Shown here piece by piece: positions 39,071-49,055 of a stretch of DNA of 64,000 bases; position 1 is the stretch's first letter, and every line of letters starts with the position of its first letter. The notes beneath the pieces were generated by a model. The model saw only the letters and a program-made list of their open reading frames with translations, ran no database searches and was not told the origin of the DNA. The position numbers and the translations under genes were made by a program. The stretch spans positions 1-64,000 of IMG/VR virus record IMGVR_UViG_3300046171_000231; one strand, 5' to 3'.

Positions 39071-39242
39071 TATTTTCTTGTTGTGCTTTTAGATTTTCTT
39101 CTTCAACATACTGTTGTAATAATGAAACATAGATTTCTCTCTCCCAAGGCATCATATTTTCTAACTCAGTTAAGCTATATTTATGATGCTGCATCAAGGC
39201 AAAATTTAATTTGTAGTATGACGCAAGATCTTCATGAGCCAT
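39063..39242 (-). CDS. gp51: T4 gp51-like baseplate hub assembly protein (59 aa), missed by ORF track
   Basis: YYKLNFALMQHHKYSLTELENMMPWEREIY signature. Confidence 0.88.
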   Translation of the reverse strand: MAHEDLASYYKLNFALMQHHKYSLTELENMMPWEREIYVSLLQQYVEEENLKAQQENNG

Positions 39243-39244
39243 AC

Positions 39245-39967
39245 TTACCCGAAAAAATTCTGTAGCCCCTCTAGCACAATCTTGTTTTCCTTTTTAGTAT
39301 TTGGATTGATTACAGTCACAGTATGTGATAACTTTGGCATAGTCTCAAAGAACTTTTCAATCATTTTAAATTGTTTTGAATCTAATTGTTCTAAAAAGTC
39401 TTTTAATTCTTTTTTAGTACAATCAGCAGAACTCCAAGATTCTTCTTCAGAATATACTTGTTCAATACAAGATGCAATTAAATCGAATGTATCATCTACA
39501 TTCATATCATCAACAGCTCCAGCAAAGTTACTTTTGATAAATTCATTCAGTGATGGATACTTCATTCTTAATGTATAAGTATCGTCAAGTTTGATATCAC
39601 TTTCGTGATCTTCACTTTTTTGAACTTTAATGGAATCAATATTAATTAAAGCGGGAACTTGTGTTTTTCCATCATCTGGACAAGTAACCATAACTTCAAT
39701 ATCCTCTCCAACAGACTTTCCACGAATATTTAAAAACAAATACTCAATATCAAATGTTGATAATTTGTCAACTTTTATACCTCTGGTTAGTATACAGTGA
39801 GTGATAACATTTTTGACTGCATTAGCAATCTGCTTTGTATCTTGGGATTCCATTGCAAGAATGAGAATCTTCTCTTCTTTAACTAAAAAAGGTCTAAATT
39901 TTATTTTTCTGTTTGACGAAGGTAACACCAACTCATAAGTCGGTGTTGCAATTTTTGGTAAAGGCAT
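39245..39967 (-). CDS. gp26: T4 gp26-like baseplate hub subunit
   Basis: MPLPKI..P.YEL.LPS....IKFRPFLVKEEKIL; LNIRGKSVGE. Confidence 0.92.
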   Translation of the reverse strand: MPLPKIATPTYELVLPSSNRKIKFRPFLVKEEKILILAMESQDTKQIANAVKNVITHCILTRGIKVDKLSTFDIEYLFLNIRGKSVGEDIEVMVTCPDDGKTQVPALINIDSIKVQKSEDHESDIKLDDTYTLRMKYPSLNEFIKSNFAGAVDDMNVDDTFDLIASCIEQVYSEEESWSSADCTKKELKDFLEQLDSKQFKMIEKFFETMPKLSHTVTVINPNTKKENKIVLEGLQNFFG

Positions 39968-40028
39968 AATAACTATTACACTTCAGTAAAATTATTTATA
40001 GTGGTTTTGTAAACTTATTATAGCACAA

Positions 40029-40865
40029 TTATGGAGATATGCCAGGTGCTGTAGATGGATAATTAGCTTGAACAGTAACTGGAGAGAAACCACCCTTAGT
40101 CAATTGTCCATATTCACCTCTTGGATTATCCTGATTTAAATATCTACCCATTGATTGATAAGCAAGTGCATTTAATTGGTCATCTTTAAGAGATAGTCCA
40201 TCTCTATTTGGATTTCCACGACCAAATCCAAGATCATTGAATGCTCTTCTTAAATCTCTTGCTAATGAAGATGACTCACCAGAAATATATCTATCATAGC
40301 TAAATGATGCAGTTGCTTTAAGCACCTGTGAGTTACCATATTGAACTCTTGTTGAATTTAATGATAGTGGAAATAATCCTATAAATCTATATTCTAAGAA
40401 TTTTTTGTGATCTCTTTCAAACTTTACAATTGTTGTATCATTTGATTTATAATTCTTTGGATAATTAAGTTGGAAAAAATACGTATCACTACTAGGATCA
40501 ACTTGATTTCCTCCTGTGATATATTCCATCCAATGTTCTAAAAATTTAAGAGATTTATATTCATTATCTACATAAAATTCAAAATTTATTTGAGTAAAAT
40601 TACGAGTATGTGCAAATCTTTCAACAACTCCTTGATAATCTCCAGTAATATTTTGTGATGCCATTGCACTGCCTGGTAATACAGCATCATAACATAATAA
40701 TCCTACATTATCTGCAATGAATCTTGAATCAATACCTTTTCTTCTAAGATGATTTCTTAATCCACTAGGTGGTAAGGCAAATCTGACAAAATAATTTGAT
40801 GTCTGAGCTACATTCTGTAACTTAGGCAGTATATCTGATATCCCTCTTGGTCTTGGTGCTGGCAC
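40029..40865 (-). CDS. tail tube-like protein (gp54/gp19 family)
   Basis: LLC..A.LPG, ERFAH.R, FYVD..Y...KF.E.W.EYI, LFP motifs; divergent from gp4. Confidence 0.65.
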   Translation of the reverse strand: MPAPRPRGISDILPKLQNVAQTSNYFVRFALPPSGLRNHLRRKGIDSRFIADNVGLLCYDAVLPGSAMASQNITGDYQGVVERFAHTRNFTQINFEFYVDNEYKSLKFLEHWMEYITGGNQVDPSSDTYFFQLNYPKNYKSNDTTIVKFERDHKKFLEYRFIGLFPLSLNSTRVQYGNSQVLKATASFSYDRYISGESSSLARDLRRAFNDLGFGRGNPNRDGLSLKDDQLNALAYQSMGRYLNQDNPRGEYGQLTKGGFSPVTVQANYPSTAPGISP

Positions 40866-40895
40866 TCTAAATACTTCTATAGTATAGTTATTTAG

Positions 40896-41330
40896 ATGGC
40901 TTATAGGGGAAAATACTATCCGTCATATCCTAAAAAGTACAAGGGTGATCCGACCAATATAATTTACAGGTCACTTTGGGAAAGAAAGTTTATGGTGTAC
41001 TGTGACAAGAATACTAAAATTCTTGAGTGGGGAAGTGAAGAGATTGCTCTCCCATATATCTCACCTCACGATAGTCGAGTACACAGATACTTCCCAGACT
41101 TTTATATTAAGGTTCAAGAGAACACAGGTAAAATAAAAAGATACCTGATTGAAGTGAAGCCACTTAAACAAACAACAAAACCAAAAAGACCAAAAAGACA
41201 AACCAAAGGTTACATTCGTGAAGCATTTGAATATGCAAGGAATCAAGCAAAGTGGAAAGCAGCAAGAGAGTATTGTGCTGACCGAATGTGGGAGTTTAAA
41301 GTAATTACAGAAAAAGAGTTAGACATATGA
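40896..41330 (+). CDS. gp4: T4 gp4-like head completion nuclease
   Basis: KYKGDPTNIIYRSLWERKFM..CD...W.SEE...YFPDF...EVKP...NQAKW. Confidence 0.93.
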   Translation: MAYRGKYYPSYPKKYKGDPTNIIYRSLWERKFMVYCDKNTKILEWGSEEIALPYISPHDSRVHRYFPDFYIKVQENTGKIKRYLIEVKPLKQTTKPKRPKRQTKGYIREAFEYARNQAKWKAAREYCADRMWEFKVITEKELDI

Positions 41331-41674
41331 GTCGTATAGATCCTATAATGAAAAGATTCATCGGTAATGAAAGTGCTGATGATTTAGCAACAGATATACT
41401 CGAAGTGTTGACTGAGGGAAGTAATGTTCCTCAAGCAGGTAATTTTTATGTCTTTGTATACAACGCAAAAACACCTGGTATTGCGTATGACTCACACCCA
41501 CTTGTTGCTGTGACTGATGTTTTTCAATGGGGATTCAAGGGATTGAACTATCATTGGGGTGAAATGAGACAATATACCTTCCCAGAAGTGGTTGGTGGGT
41601 TGTATCAAGTAGATGAAATGGAACTAAGAGACTTAAGAACTTTACCTTTTGTCAAAATCCTACTAAATAGTTAA
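41327..41674 (+). CDS. gp2: T4 gp2-like DNA end protector (short cyanophage form)
   Basis: G.FY.FVY.AKT....YD.HPLV...F.GLNYH. Confidence 0.8.
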   Translation: MSRIDPIMKRFIGNESADDLATDILEVLTEGSNVPQAGNFYVFVYNAKTPGIAYDSHPLVAVTDVFQWGFKGLNYHWGEMRQYTFPEVVGGLYQVDEMELRDLRTLPFVKILLNS

Positions 41675-41688
41675 AAAATTAGGTCGAT

Positions 41689-42948
41689 ATGTCGAGTAAT
41701 CGTAGAGCAAATGCTTCTAGAAGAAGAAAAGGAATCTACACAAGGCAAGAATTAATAAAAAAACACGGGTTAGCAACTTTTCATCCTGACCCTGAAGAAA
41801 ACCGCAAGCTTCAAGAAACTAAAGGAAAGAGTATAGATTTTACAGGTAACTATACAAACTCAGATGGAACTCAAGTAAAAAAGTCGAAATTTGCTAATGA
41901 TACTAAGACCACTGGATCAACTGCAAAAAAGAACTTACAAGTTAGAAAGTCAAATATAAAAACAAGATTAGGATATCCTCTTGCAAGAGGTCCAGGTGAA
42001 TTTACTGGAGATACGCTTATGATTAAGTGTATGGAATATGTTGCACCAAAAAATGGAACAGGACTTGGAATAAATTTTGATAGAACAACTCAAAAAGTTG
42101 CACAAGGTGGAGTATTAAATGGTAGGACATATAAAGCTGGTGATACTTATACAAAGTATTCTAATATTAGAATGAATGCAAATGATGCGAACAGTCGAAT
42201 GAGTCGGAATCAAAAAATAAAATATTATGTTGAGTTACCAATTCCTCAAGAAGTAAATGATTCCAATATTGTTACTTGGGGTGACGATACAATGAATATA
42301 TTTCAATTAGCAGGAGTTGCTGCTGCAACAGCAATACAGAATAATCCAAATAAAAGTTTTCAAAATGTACTAGATGTACTGCAAGGAGATATTCAATTAG
42401 ATAAATTATCACCCGATTTACAAAGAGCAATTCGTGCAGGATTTAGTGGTGCTGCGATTAATGCTTTAGGTGGTAATGTCAATCGTGCAGGATTAATTTC
42501 AAGAGCAACAGGTCAGGTTCTTAACTCTAACTTAGAATTACTATTTGGTGGAGTAAATCTAAGAACATTCCCATTCAGTATCACATTCACACCTAGATAT
42601 TATGAAGAAATGCTTGAGGTGAAGAGAATAATAAGACAATTTAAAATGGCGATGGCAGCAAAAGCAGGTCAAATGAATGGTGGTTCTGCATCAGGTATTT
42701 TTCTTCAAGCACCAGATGTATTTTCACTTCGTTATTTACATAATGGTCAAGACCATCCATTCTTAAACAGTTTTAAAATGTGTGCTCTTACTGGTATGAA
42801 TGTAAACTATACAAATGCTGGTGCATATGCAAGTTATGAAGATGGTTCTCCAGTTAGTATCAGAATGAATTTAACATTTAAAGAACTTAATCCAATTTAC
42901 TCTGAGGATTATGATGGTATGAGTGATGAACAGGGAGTCGGATTCTAA
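41689..42948 (+). CDS. gp48: T4 gp48-like baseplate tail tube cap
   Basis: ELPIP, LELLF.G..LR.F.F...F.PR, CAL....VNYT, L.F.EL.PI. Confidence 0.88.
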   Translation: MSSNRRANASRRRKGIYTRQELIKKHGLATFHPDPEENRKLQETKGKSIDFTGNYTNSDGTQVKKSKFANDTKTTGSTAKKNLQVRKSNIKTRLGYPLARGPGEFTGDTLMIKCMEYVAPKNGTGLGINFDRTTQKVAQGGVLNGRTYKAGDTYTKYSNIRMNANDANSRMSRNQKIKYYVELPIPQEVNDSNIVTWGDDTMNIFQLAGVAAATAIQNNPNKSFQNVLDVLQGDIQLDKLSPDLQRAIRAGFSGAAINALGGNVNRAGLISRATGQVLNSNLELLFGGVNLRTFPFSITFTPRYYEEMLEVKRIIRQFKMAMAAKAGQMNGGSASGIFLQAPDVFSLRYLHNGQDHPFLNSFKMCALTGMNVNYTNAGAYASYEDGSPVSIRMNLTFKELNPIYSEDYDGMSDEQGVGF

Positions 42949-43673
42949 TGGGATATTTTAGAGAATTACCTAATATTGCTTATCAGTCTCCGTTGACTCA
43001 TAAAAACTCATCGAGAGATTATATATTAATCAAGAATTTATTTCGTAGAACAAAACTCTTTGATTTTCTAAAAGATAATGTTTCATTATTAAATAAATTT
43101 ACAATTGGTGACGGTGATCGTCCTGATATGATTGCAGAAGAATTATATGGAGATCCAACACTTGACTACATTGTTGTATTAGTTGCTGGAATTATTAATA
43201 TAAATCACGAATGGCCACTACAAGATTATAAAGTATATGATTTTGCTTTAGAAAAATATGGTTCAGAAACAGAGATGAATGCAAATCATCATTATGAAAC
43301 TTTTGAAATAAGAGATGATCAGAATCGTCTTATACTTCCACCTAATTTAATTGTTGATGTTGATTTTAAAATTGATGGTACTGCTCATAAATTTCCAGAA
43401 ACAACATACACATTGAGATCTCAATCAGGATATACAATGTTAGATGATAAAGATGAATTTGGAGTTCTCACTGATAATATTGCCCGTGCGGTGACAAATT
43501 TAGAATACGAATATAATGAAAACGAAAAGAAAAGAGAAATTGATATTTTGATACCTGGTTATATACAAACCTTTATAAATGATTTAAGAGATGTAGTAAG
43601 ATATGATAAGAGCTCAAGTTATATTGCCAAGAATCTAGCATCTACAGAAAATACTGAAGTAGTTAATCCATAA
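42948..43673 (+). CDS. gp53: T4 gp53-like baseplate wedge subunit
   Basis: GYF.ELPN..Y, GDRPD.IA..LYGD, WPL, HHYET, NE.KREI. Confidence 0.9.
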   Translation: MGYFRELPNIAYQSPLTHKNSSRDYILIKNLFRRTKLFDFLKDNVSLLNKFTIGDGDRPDMIAEELYGDPTLDYIVVLVAGIININHEWPLQDYKVYDFALEKYGSETEMNANHHYETFEIRDDQNRLILPPNLIVDVDFKIDGTAHKFPETTYTLRSQSGYTMLDDKDEFGVLTDNIARAVTNLEYEYNENEKKREIDILIPGYIQTFINDLRDVVRYDKSSSYIAKNLASTENTEVVNP

Positions 43674-43696
43674 AAAAAGGGGGTCGTTTGACCCCC
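43672..43696 (-). terminator. intrinsic terminator between convergent gp53 and gp32
   Basis: GGGGGTC/GACCCCC stem, 4-nt loop, U7 on minus strand. Confidence 0.85.
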
Positions 43697-43714
43697 TACA
43701 CAATTACTTTGTAA

Positions 43715-44602
43715 TTATTCTTCTGCGAGTTTCGCAAAGTATGATAGTGCATCATCCTCTTCTTCTGCAACAGCAGGAGTTGGTTTTGATACAGCAGCAG
43801 TTACTAACTCTTCTGCTTGACCACGATCATTATCTTCCTCTTCAAACTGTGGTGCAGCGGACTTCTTATTTCCAAGAACATAATCTAGACGAGTCTTTAA
43901 CTCATCATATGTCTTGAACTGGTCTGGTGCAACAATCTCAGATAGTGAGAACTGTTTTTTCCAGAGTGTTTCCATTGCATCATCGTCATCAAGTAGAGGA
44001 CTTTGTGCTGCAAATTCAGAACTATCATAGTTTCTGTATCCTGCAACATTCTTTGCTTTTAACTTGAAGTTTGCACCTTGCCAGAAATCGAATGGATCGA
44101 TTGCTTCCTCGTCCTCAAACTCAGGTTGCATCGCTGCAGTAAGTTTGTCAAAGATTTTCTTTCCATACTTGTATAGAAATACTTTACCTTCGTTCTCAGG
44201 ATTCGCAGGGTCTTTTACAACATAAATGTTGCTAACATAAGTTAACTTACGCTTCTGCTTTCTTGCTGTTTCTTTTCCAGCGTCAGTTCCGTTGTTCCAG
44301 AGTAATGAGTTATACTCAGAAACAGGGTCTTTCTGTCCAAGAGTAGTGAGTGAGTTCTCAATGAACCATCCACCAGGTCCTTGGAATGCGTGTGAATATA
44401 GTTTTACAAATGGTAAATCTTCACCTTCGGGTGCAGGTAGGAATCTGATAACAGCATAACCGTTACCTCCTTTGTCTACATCTAGCTTCCAGATACGGTC
44501 ATCAGCGTTACCGCCCGTGTTGTTCATCTTCTCAACTTCTTTAACTAGTTTTGCTGTTAAAGAGCCAAGTTTAGACTGCTTTTTAAGGTCTTTAAAAGAC
44601 AT
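43715..44602 (-). CDS. gp32: T4 gp32-like single-stranded DNA-binding protein
   Basis: D.R.WK..VDK.GNG.AVIRFLPA, YGKKIFDK, NFKLK, NYD.SEF, acidic tail. Confidence 0.96.
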   Translation of the reverse strand: MSFKDLKKQSKLGSLTAKLVKEVEKMNNTGGNADDRIWKLDVDKGGNGYAVIRFLPAPEGEDLPFVKLYSHAFQGPGGWFIENSLTTLGQKDPVSEYNSLLWNNGTDAGKETARKQKRKLTYVSNIYVVKDPANPENEGKVFLYKYGKKIFDKLTAAMQPEFEDEEAIDPFDFWQGANFKLKAKNVAGYRNYDSSEFAAQSPLLDDDDAMETLWKKQFSLSEIVAPDQFKTYDELKTRLDYVLGNKKSAAPQFEEEDNDRGQAEELVTAAVSKPTPAVAEEEDDALSYFAKLAEE

Positions 44603-44659
44603 TTAGATACCTCGGATAAATTGGATATTTTGGATAATTAGATTATAACAGATTAATAA

Positions 44660-44992
44660 TTAATTGTCAATAGAGTTCTTAAGATTCTCGATAGTATTTG
44701 ACATACCACTGAATAATAGCAACATATCAGTTCCTTCTGGGAAACCCATAAGTTCAACTGATTTTTGCAAATGATTCTTAAGATCGATTGCTTCTTTATC
44801 ATCAGAAAGACTGATGCGAGTATACATTACTCGTTGCCTCTCTAATAATTCAGTAAGTTTTTCAATGTGGTCAACTTTGTCTTCACGACTAAAAGTTCCA
44901 AACTTCATTGCATTCTTGTAAATAGACAACTGCAATTCGTTTATCTCTTGTAGTTCTTCACGAACTATGTCTGAATCAAAAAATTCACTCAT
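44660..44992 (-). CDS. conserved cyanophage helical protein (DUF1825-like)
   Basis: FFDS.IV..EL.EI..LQ motif; usual position between gp59 and gp32. Confidence 0.7.
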   Translation of the reverse strand: MSEFFDSDIVREELQEINELQLSIYKNAMKFGTFSREDKVDHIEKLTELLERQRVMYTRISLSDDKEAIDLKNHLQKSVELMGFPEGTDMLLLFSGMSNTIENLKNSIDN

Positions 44993-45675
44993 AAATTTAA
45001 GTTGAATACATTATTATTTAGGTCTGTTGTGCCTACAACATCACCTTTTGATGTGAAATGACGACGTTTTGATATCTGAACTAATTGACTCCAAGACCTT
45101 TCAACATCATCACCAATATAAGCTTTATGTGGTACACAAGAGTTGTAGATAGTTATTGTATTTTTCACTGCAGGTGCTGTTCCCATATACTCAAATCCAT
45201 AAGATTCTACTTTAGATATTTCCCATTGTTGCCAAGAAGTTTCCCATTGATCCAATAGTTCTTCTGGTCTGGGAAAGTCAAATCTATCATGTTTCCAATT
45301 ATCTTTATAATTATAAAACTGAGTTCCTCTTGAACCTTCGGGATGTTCACTCAACCATAAATTACCAACCCAACCTGGAAAGTCAACGTGAGGTACATGA
45401 TGATATTTGTGATAATAATAATTTGACCTATCAAAGTAATTTCCCCAAGGGAGAACTCTTGATATATCTGTGCCATCGGGTACAACTAATTCTTTCACAG
45501 TATTTTCTATAAATTTCTCAACTTTATCATCAATCTTCCATCCAATGAACGGATTGTACTGACCTACAATATGATCTATCTTGATAGGTAAATATTCACC
45601 AATATCCTCTACGTTGACAGTCCAGTAACCAAAATCATTTTTTAGGTTTGTATACTTAACTTCACCAATTCTCAT
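44989..45675 (-). CDS. hypothetical protein, possible Fe-oxygenase-like (PHxD...H)
   Basis: VPHVD, W..NLWL, GTQFY, PH motifs. Confidence 0.6.
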   Translation of the reverse strand: MRIGEVKYTNLKNDFGYWTVNVEDIGEYLPIKIDHIVGQYNPFIGWKIDDKVEKFIENTVKELVVPDGTDISRVLPWGNYFDRSNYYYHKYHHVPHVDFPGWVGNLWLSEHPEGSRGTQFYNYKDNWKHDRFDFPRPEELLDQWETSWQQWEISKVESYGFEYMGTAPAVKNTITIYNSCVPHKAYIGDDVERSWSQLVQISKRRHFTSKGDVVGTTDLNNNVFNLNL

Positions 45676-46283
45676 ACTTCAACTATTTCTCGTAATATTT
45701 TTTTGAATTGAAATACGTTTATACTAAGGAATGGTTTATATTTTCTTATTTTTAAACTTACGGTTTCCCATACAGGGTCAAGTAGCTTTTCATCAAACTT
45801 ATCTGAAAACGAGAATATGATATCAAAGATGACAAATGTTTCAAGTGATATGTCACCACCTAAGAATCTTTTCAATATAATAGGATGTCCTTTCCCACAT
45901 TCAAACAATTCTTCTAACTTATTTTCTTCTAACAATTTACTTGATTCTTCTTTGAATAAGTAAGAAATACTCTGTTGTCTTCTTGTCCAGTCTGCATAAG
46001 TTCTTTCACCAGAATTAATAATCTCACCTATCCACAAGTTCTTTGGATTATCTGTAGTCACAAAGTTTGCTAATAGAAAATCAACAATCTGATCATCAGA
46101 ATATTTTCTCGATGTTTTCTCGAACCAATACTTATCTTTCCTTTTATTAAAGGATGTCATAGTTGCACGAGATTTACCACCATACCTAAAAAAGTCATAC
46201 TTACGGTTCGTAAAATGACTTTTCATTGATAGATATGACTGGTAGGTTTCAAATGGAGTCACTTTCATCTTCTTCCTCTTCAC
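45672..46283 (-). CDS. gp59: T4 gp59-like helicase loader
   Basis: YLSMK.HF....YDFF.Y.GK, ISLETF, KI.KY.PFL. Confidence 0.92.
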   Translation of the reverse strand: MKRKKMKVTPFETYQSYLSMKSHFTNRKYDFFRYGGKSRATMTSFNKRKDKYWFEKTSRKYSDDQIVDFLLANFVTTDNPKNLWIGEIINSGERTYADWTRRQQSISYLFKEESSKLLEENKLEELFECGKGHPIILKRFLGGDISLETFVIFDIIFSFSDKFDEKLLDPVWETVSLKIRKYKPFLSINVFQFKKILREIVEV

Positions 46284-46452
46284 TATCTAATTCTGTAATT
46301 GAGTCAACAGGTACTTCTGCTTCTCCTATTTTATACCAGTGTTGGTCAACACCAATACTATCAGGTCTGACACCCAAGTATTTTAAGTCAGGGAAAGAAT
46401 GCTCACGAAGCATCGCTTGCAATCTCCAATGAATCAATTCTGATTTTTTCAT
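46249..46452 (-). CDS. conserved cyanophage hypothetical protein (67 aa)
   Basis: ORF between gp33 and gp59. Confidence 0.75.
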   Translation of the reverse strand: MKKSELIHWRLQAMLREHSFPDLKYLGVRPDSIGVDQHWYKIGEAEVPVDSITELDSEEEEDESDSI

Positions 46453-46715
46453 TATAAAGGCAATTTTGCTCTTGATGTAGGTTTCATAAAGTTAAGACGG
46501 GTTGCATCCCATTTTAATCTTTCTTTTAAAGGTTTGGATATTAACTTCGATACTGATTCTACCTCAATATTGTTAGTTTCGCAATAGTAGCAGATTGCAT
46601 CAATATAATTGAAGTCTTCTTCTGCTGCGACAATCTTTTCGATTTCGATTGCAAATTTAGATGGTGTCAAGAATTTATTCTCGATTGCCTGTTCTAGTTC
46701 TTTATTCGGTTCCAT
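46452..46715 (-). CDS. gp33: T4 gp33-like late transcription coactivator (87 aa)
   Basis: F..EIE.IV......YIDAI..YC....IE.E.V.KLI...LK.K/R; start at MEPNKEL. Confidence 0.85.
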   Translation of the reverse strand: MEPNKELEQAIENKFLTPSKFAIEIEKIVAAEEDFNYIDAICYYCETNNIEVESVSKLISKPLKERLKWDATRLNFMKPTSRAKLPL

Positions 46716-47385
46716 AGATTTCCAGTTTATCTTGAACAAATTTGTTAATGTATTCTCCGAGGAGTTTGATGTACTTTGCTTTGTTGTATTCTTCATAGAC
46801 GATGCATTCTCCATTTTCACAGGACATAATAATTACTAATTTTTTAACAGATATACCCGTTAATTCATACAACATACAACCGTATGCCATACACTGGACG
46901 AAGTAATGTTCTATCCAGTCTCTTGGTTTTGGTTTCTTAGAAGTCTTAAAGTCTATTATCGCTAACTCGTCCTCGTATTCTGCAATACAATCAACAGTTC
47001 CAGCAATTCCTAGTTGCCTACTGTAGAGCGAACCCTCTAAAGCGTAAATATTATTTATATTACCAATTTTTTGTTTCGCCACACTGAACAGAAAATTAGA
47101 AATCGGAGGAACTTTTGGAAGTTTCTCATCATTCAATAAATGATGTTCAGTTAGAGTGTGAAAATCAGTACCACGGGTGGTAGCTGCCTTAGTAACACGG
47201 TTTGCTTCTTCATCACCTACTCTTTTTCGCCATTTAACAAATATTTCTTTATTAAAATGACTTGTAACAGATGTGATTGAAACTAATTTTATTAATTCAT
47301 CTTCGTCAGGAACAGAATAGTAGCGTACACCATCTATCGTTTCCCTTGTTAGTTTTGGAAGATCAATATCAACATGATTAAACAT
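46702..47385 (-). CDS. PD-(D/E)xK exonuclease
   Basis: SITSV, RGT.FH, AGTVDCIAEY...IIDFKTS, QCMAY. Confidence 0.9.
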   Translation of the reverse strand: MFNHVDIDLPKLTRETIDGVRYYSVPDEDELIKLVSITSVTSHFNKEIFVKWRKRVGDEEANRVTKAATTRGTDFHTLTEHHLLNDEKLPKVPPISNFLFSVAKQKIGNINNIYALEGSLYSRQLGIAGTVDCIAEYEDELAIIDFKTSKKPKPRDWIEHYFVQCMAYGCMLYELTGISVKKLVIIMSCENGECIVYEEYNKAKYIKLLGEYINKFVQDKLEIYGTE

Positions 47386-48142
47386 TAAAGACCAATATCA
47401 AGTTTTGCAATAATATATTCTTTGACAAGTCCAGAACGAACTATATCATTGATACCAAACTCTATTATATCAAAGGATGGCATTTTACGCAAGATGTTAA
47501 GAAAGTCGTGTATGCCATTCCTGTCATTAGTTTTAACTAAATCAGTTTGACTAGCATCACCACAAAAAATAATCCTACTATTTTCACCAATACGAGTGAT
47601 GATTGAATCTAATTCGTGAAATTAAGATTCTGAAACTCATCAACAATTACAATCGCATTATCTAATGTAGTTCCTCTTATAAAAGAAGTACTCCAAAATT
47701 TTATACTTTCTTGTGCTTTCAAATTACCATATAACATTTCAAAGTCAGCATCAGTTGGCATTTGAAACATATATTTTACCATATTTTTATATGGTATCTG
47801 GTAAATATCAGCTTTATCTTCGTGGTCACCAGGTAAAAAACCAATCTCACGAGTTGAAACTAAAGAACGAACAAGATATATTCTTTCGTATGGTGTTGTT
47901 TCATCAAGAATATCTGCAAGAGCATTATATAATGAAATAAATGTTTTACCTGTACCTGCAGTGCCATATGCAACTAGATGTTTATCTTGAGCATATGCAT
48001 CAAAAAGTTTCTTTTGATTATCTGTGATAGGTTCAATATCAAGAAGGTAAGTATTTCCAATCGGTTTCTTACGTTTCATTTGTTTCGTAGTTAATCCGAT
48101 ACCTATGGGTTGATCCCCATTAGTCTTCTTTTTTCTTGGCAT
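47385..48142 (-). CDS. phoH: PhoH-family ATPase, frameshift near 47620
   Basis: GTAGTGKT, IGFLPG, FIRGTTLD, DEFQNLN then (other frame) FHELDSIITR.G...GD..Q.DL. Confidence 0.93.
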
Positions 48143-48146
48143 TTGA

Positions 48147-48395
48147 TTAAAGTGGTTTTACTCTAGAACCTGGTGATTTTTGTGCTTTTTTAAGCACATC
48201 GTTCCAACCTGGTTTACTCTTTCTTAACTTATCTTTCCATTCTCCGACTTCACCAACACCTGGCATTGTTGAAGGATCAGAATAATCTCTCAACCAATCA
48301 GGATTATCTTTACACCACTGATCCCATTTTGTGATACTCATCATCACTTCTTTCTGTTCACCAGTTTTTGTATTTACTACAGGGTATGTTGCCAT
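48147..48395 (-). CDS. conserved cyanophage hypothetical protein (82 aa)
   Basis: MATYPVVN..TGE.KE; usual phoH-thyX linker gene. Confidence 0.8.
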   Translation of the reverse strand: MATYPVVNTKTGEQKEVMMSITKWDQWCKDNPDWLRDYSDPSTMPGVGEVGEWKDKLRKSKPGWNDVLKKAQKSPGSRVKPL

Positions 48396-48419
48396 AATAT
48401 TATAAAGTAGTATAGTTAT

Positions 48420-49055
48420 TTAGACCCATTCCAGAGCCGCAGATACAGTCGGAAACTGTTCGGTAAATAAAGACTTACAAGCATTTGCAATATCCATATG
48501 TTCTTTTTGTGTTCCGTGACCAGAACGTAAATCGATATAATGCACCCAAGAACGAACACTCCCAGACATATAAAGTCGAGTTGGTGTTGCTAATGGAAGA
48601 ACAAATCTCGCACATTCTTTTGCGATGCCTTCTCTCAATAGTTCATTATATAAGTCCATTCCTTCATTAAAATATAATTGAATTCTATCTTGTAAGAATT
48701 TAATTTGTTTTTCTGGTATATCATCAATACTATTCTGACGATTCTTTGTATCTTGCCTTCTCAATTCTGGTAGTGGTATACTTGCATCTAATAAATTTGT
48801 ATCAGCATATCTCTGACTAAACTCTTGGAATGTAAAAGAACGATGTCTTAAAATCTGTGCAGCAAGTCCTCTTGTAGTATTAATTTCAAGAGTCATAAAT
48901 GCTTGCTCAAAAATTGACCAATGCTGATGTTTGATGCAGTATTTTAAAAGACCTGCATAATTATCATTTTCCTGATTATTAGGATTGCTCACACGAGCAC
49001 AGTATGCCATGTGTTTTTCAGAATCTGGTGATACGCTAATTAATTTAACTTCCAT
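48420..49055 (-). CDS. thyX: FAD-dependent thymidylate synthase ThyX
   Basis: H.S.FE, QILRHRSFTFQEFSQRY, ARFVLP motifs. Confidence 0.97.
   Translation of the reverse strand: MEVKLISVSPDSEKHMAYCARVSNPNNQENDNYAGLLKYCIKHQHWSIFEQAFMTLEINTTRGLAAQILRHRSFTFQEFSQRYADTNLLDASIPLPELRRQDTKNRQNSIDDIPEKQIKFLQDRIQLYFNEGMDLYNELLREGIAKECARFVLPLATPTRLYMSGSVRSWVHYIDLRSGHGTQKEHMDIANACKSLFTEQFPTVSAALEWV

Noticed and set aside
46702-47385. Exonuclease as a Cas4 sign of a phage CRISPR system
   Set aside because: No Fe-S cysteine cluster motif; it sits in the standard phoH-exonuclease-gp33 core context
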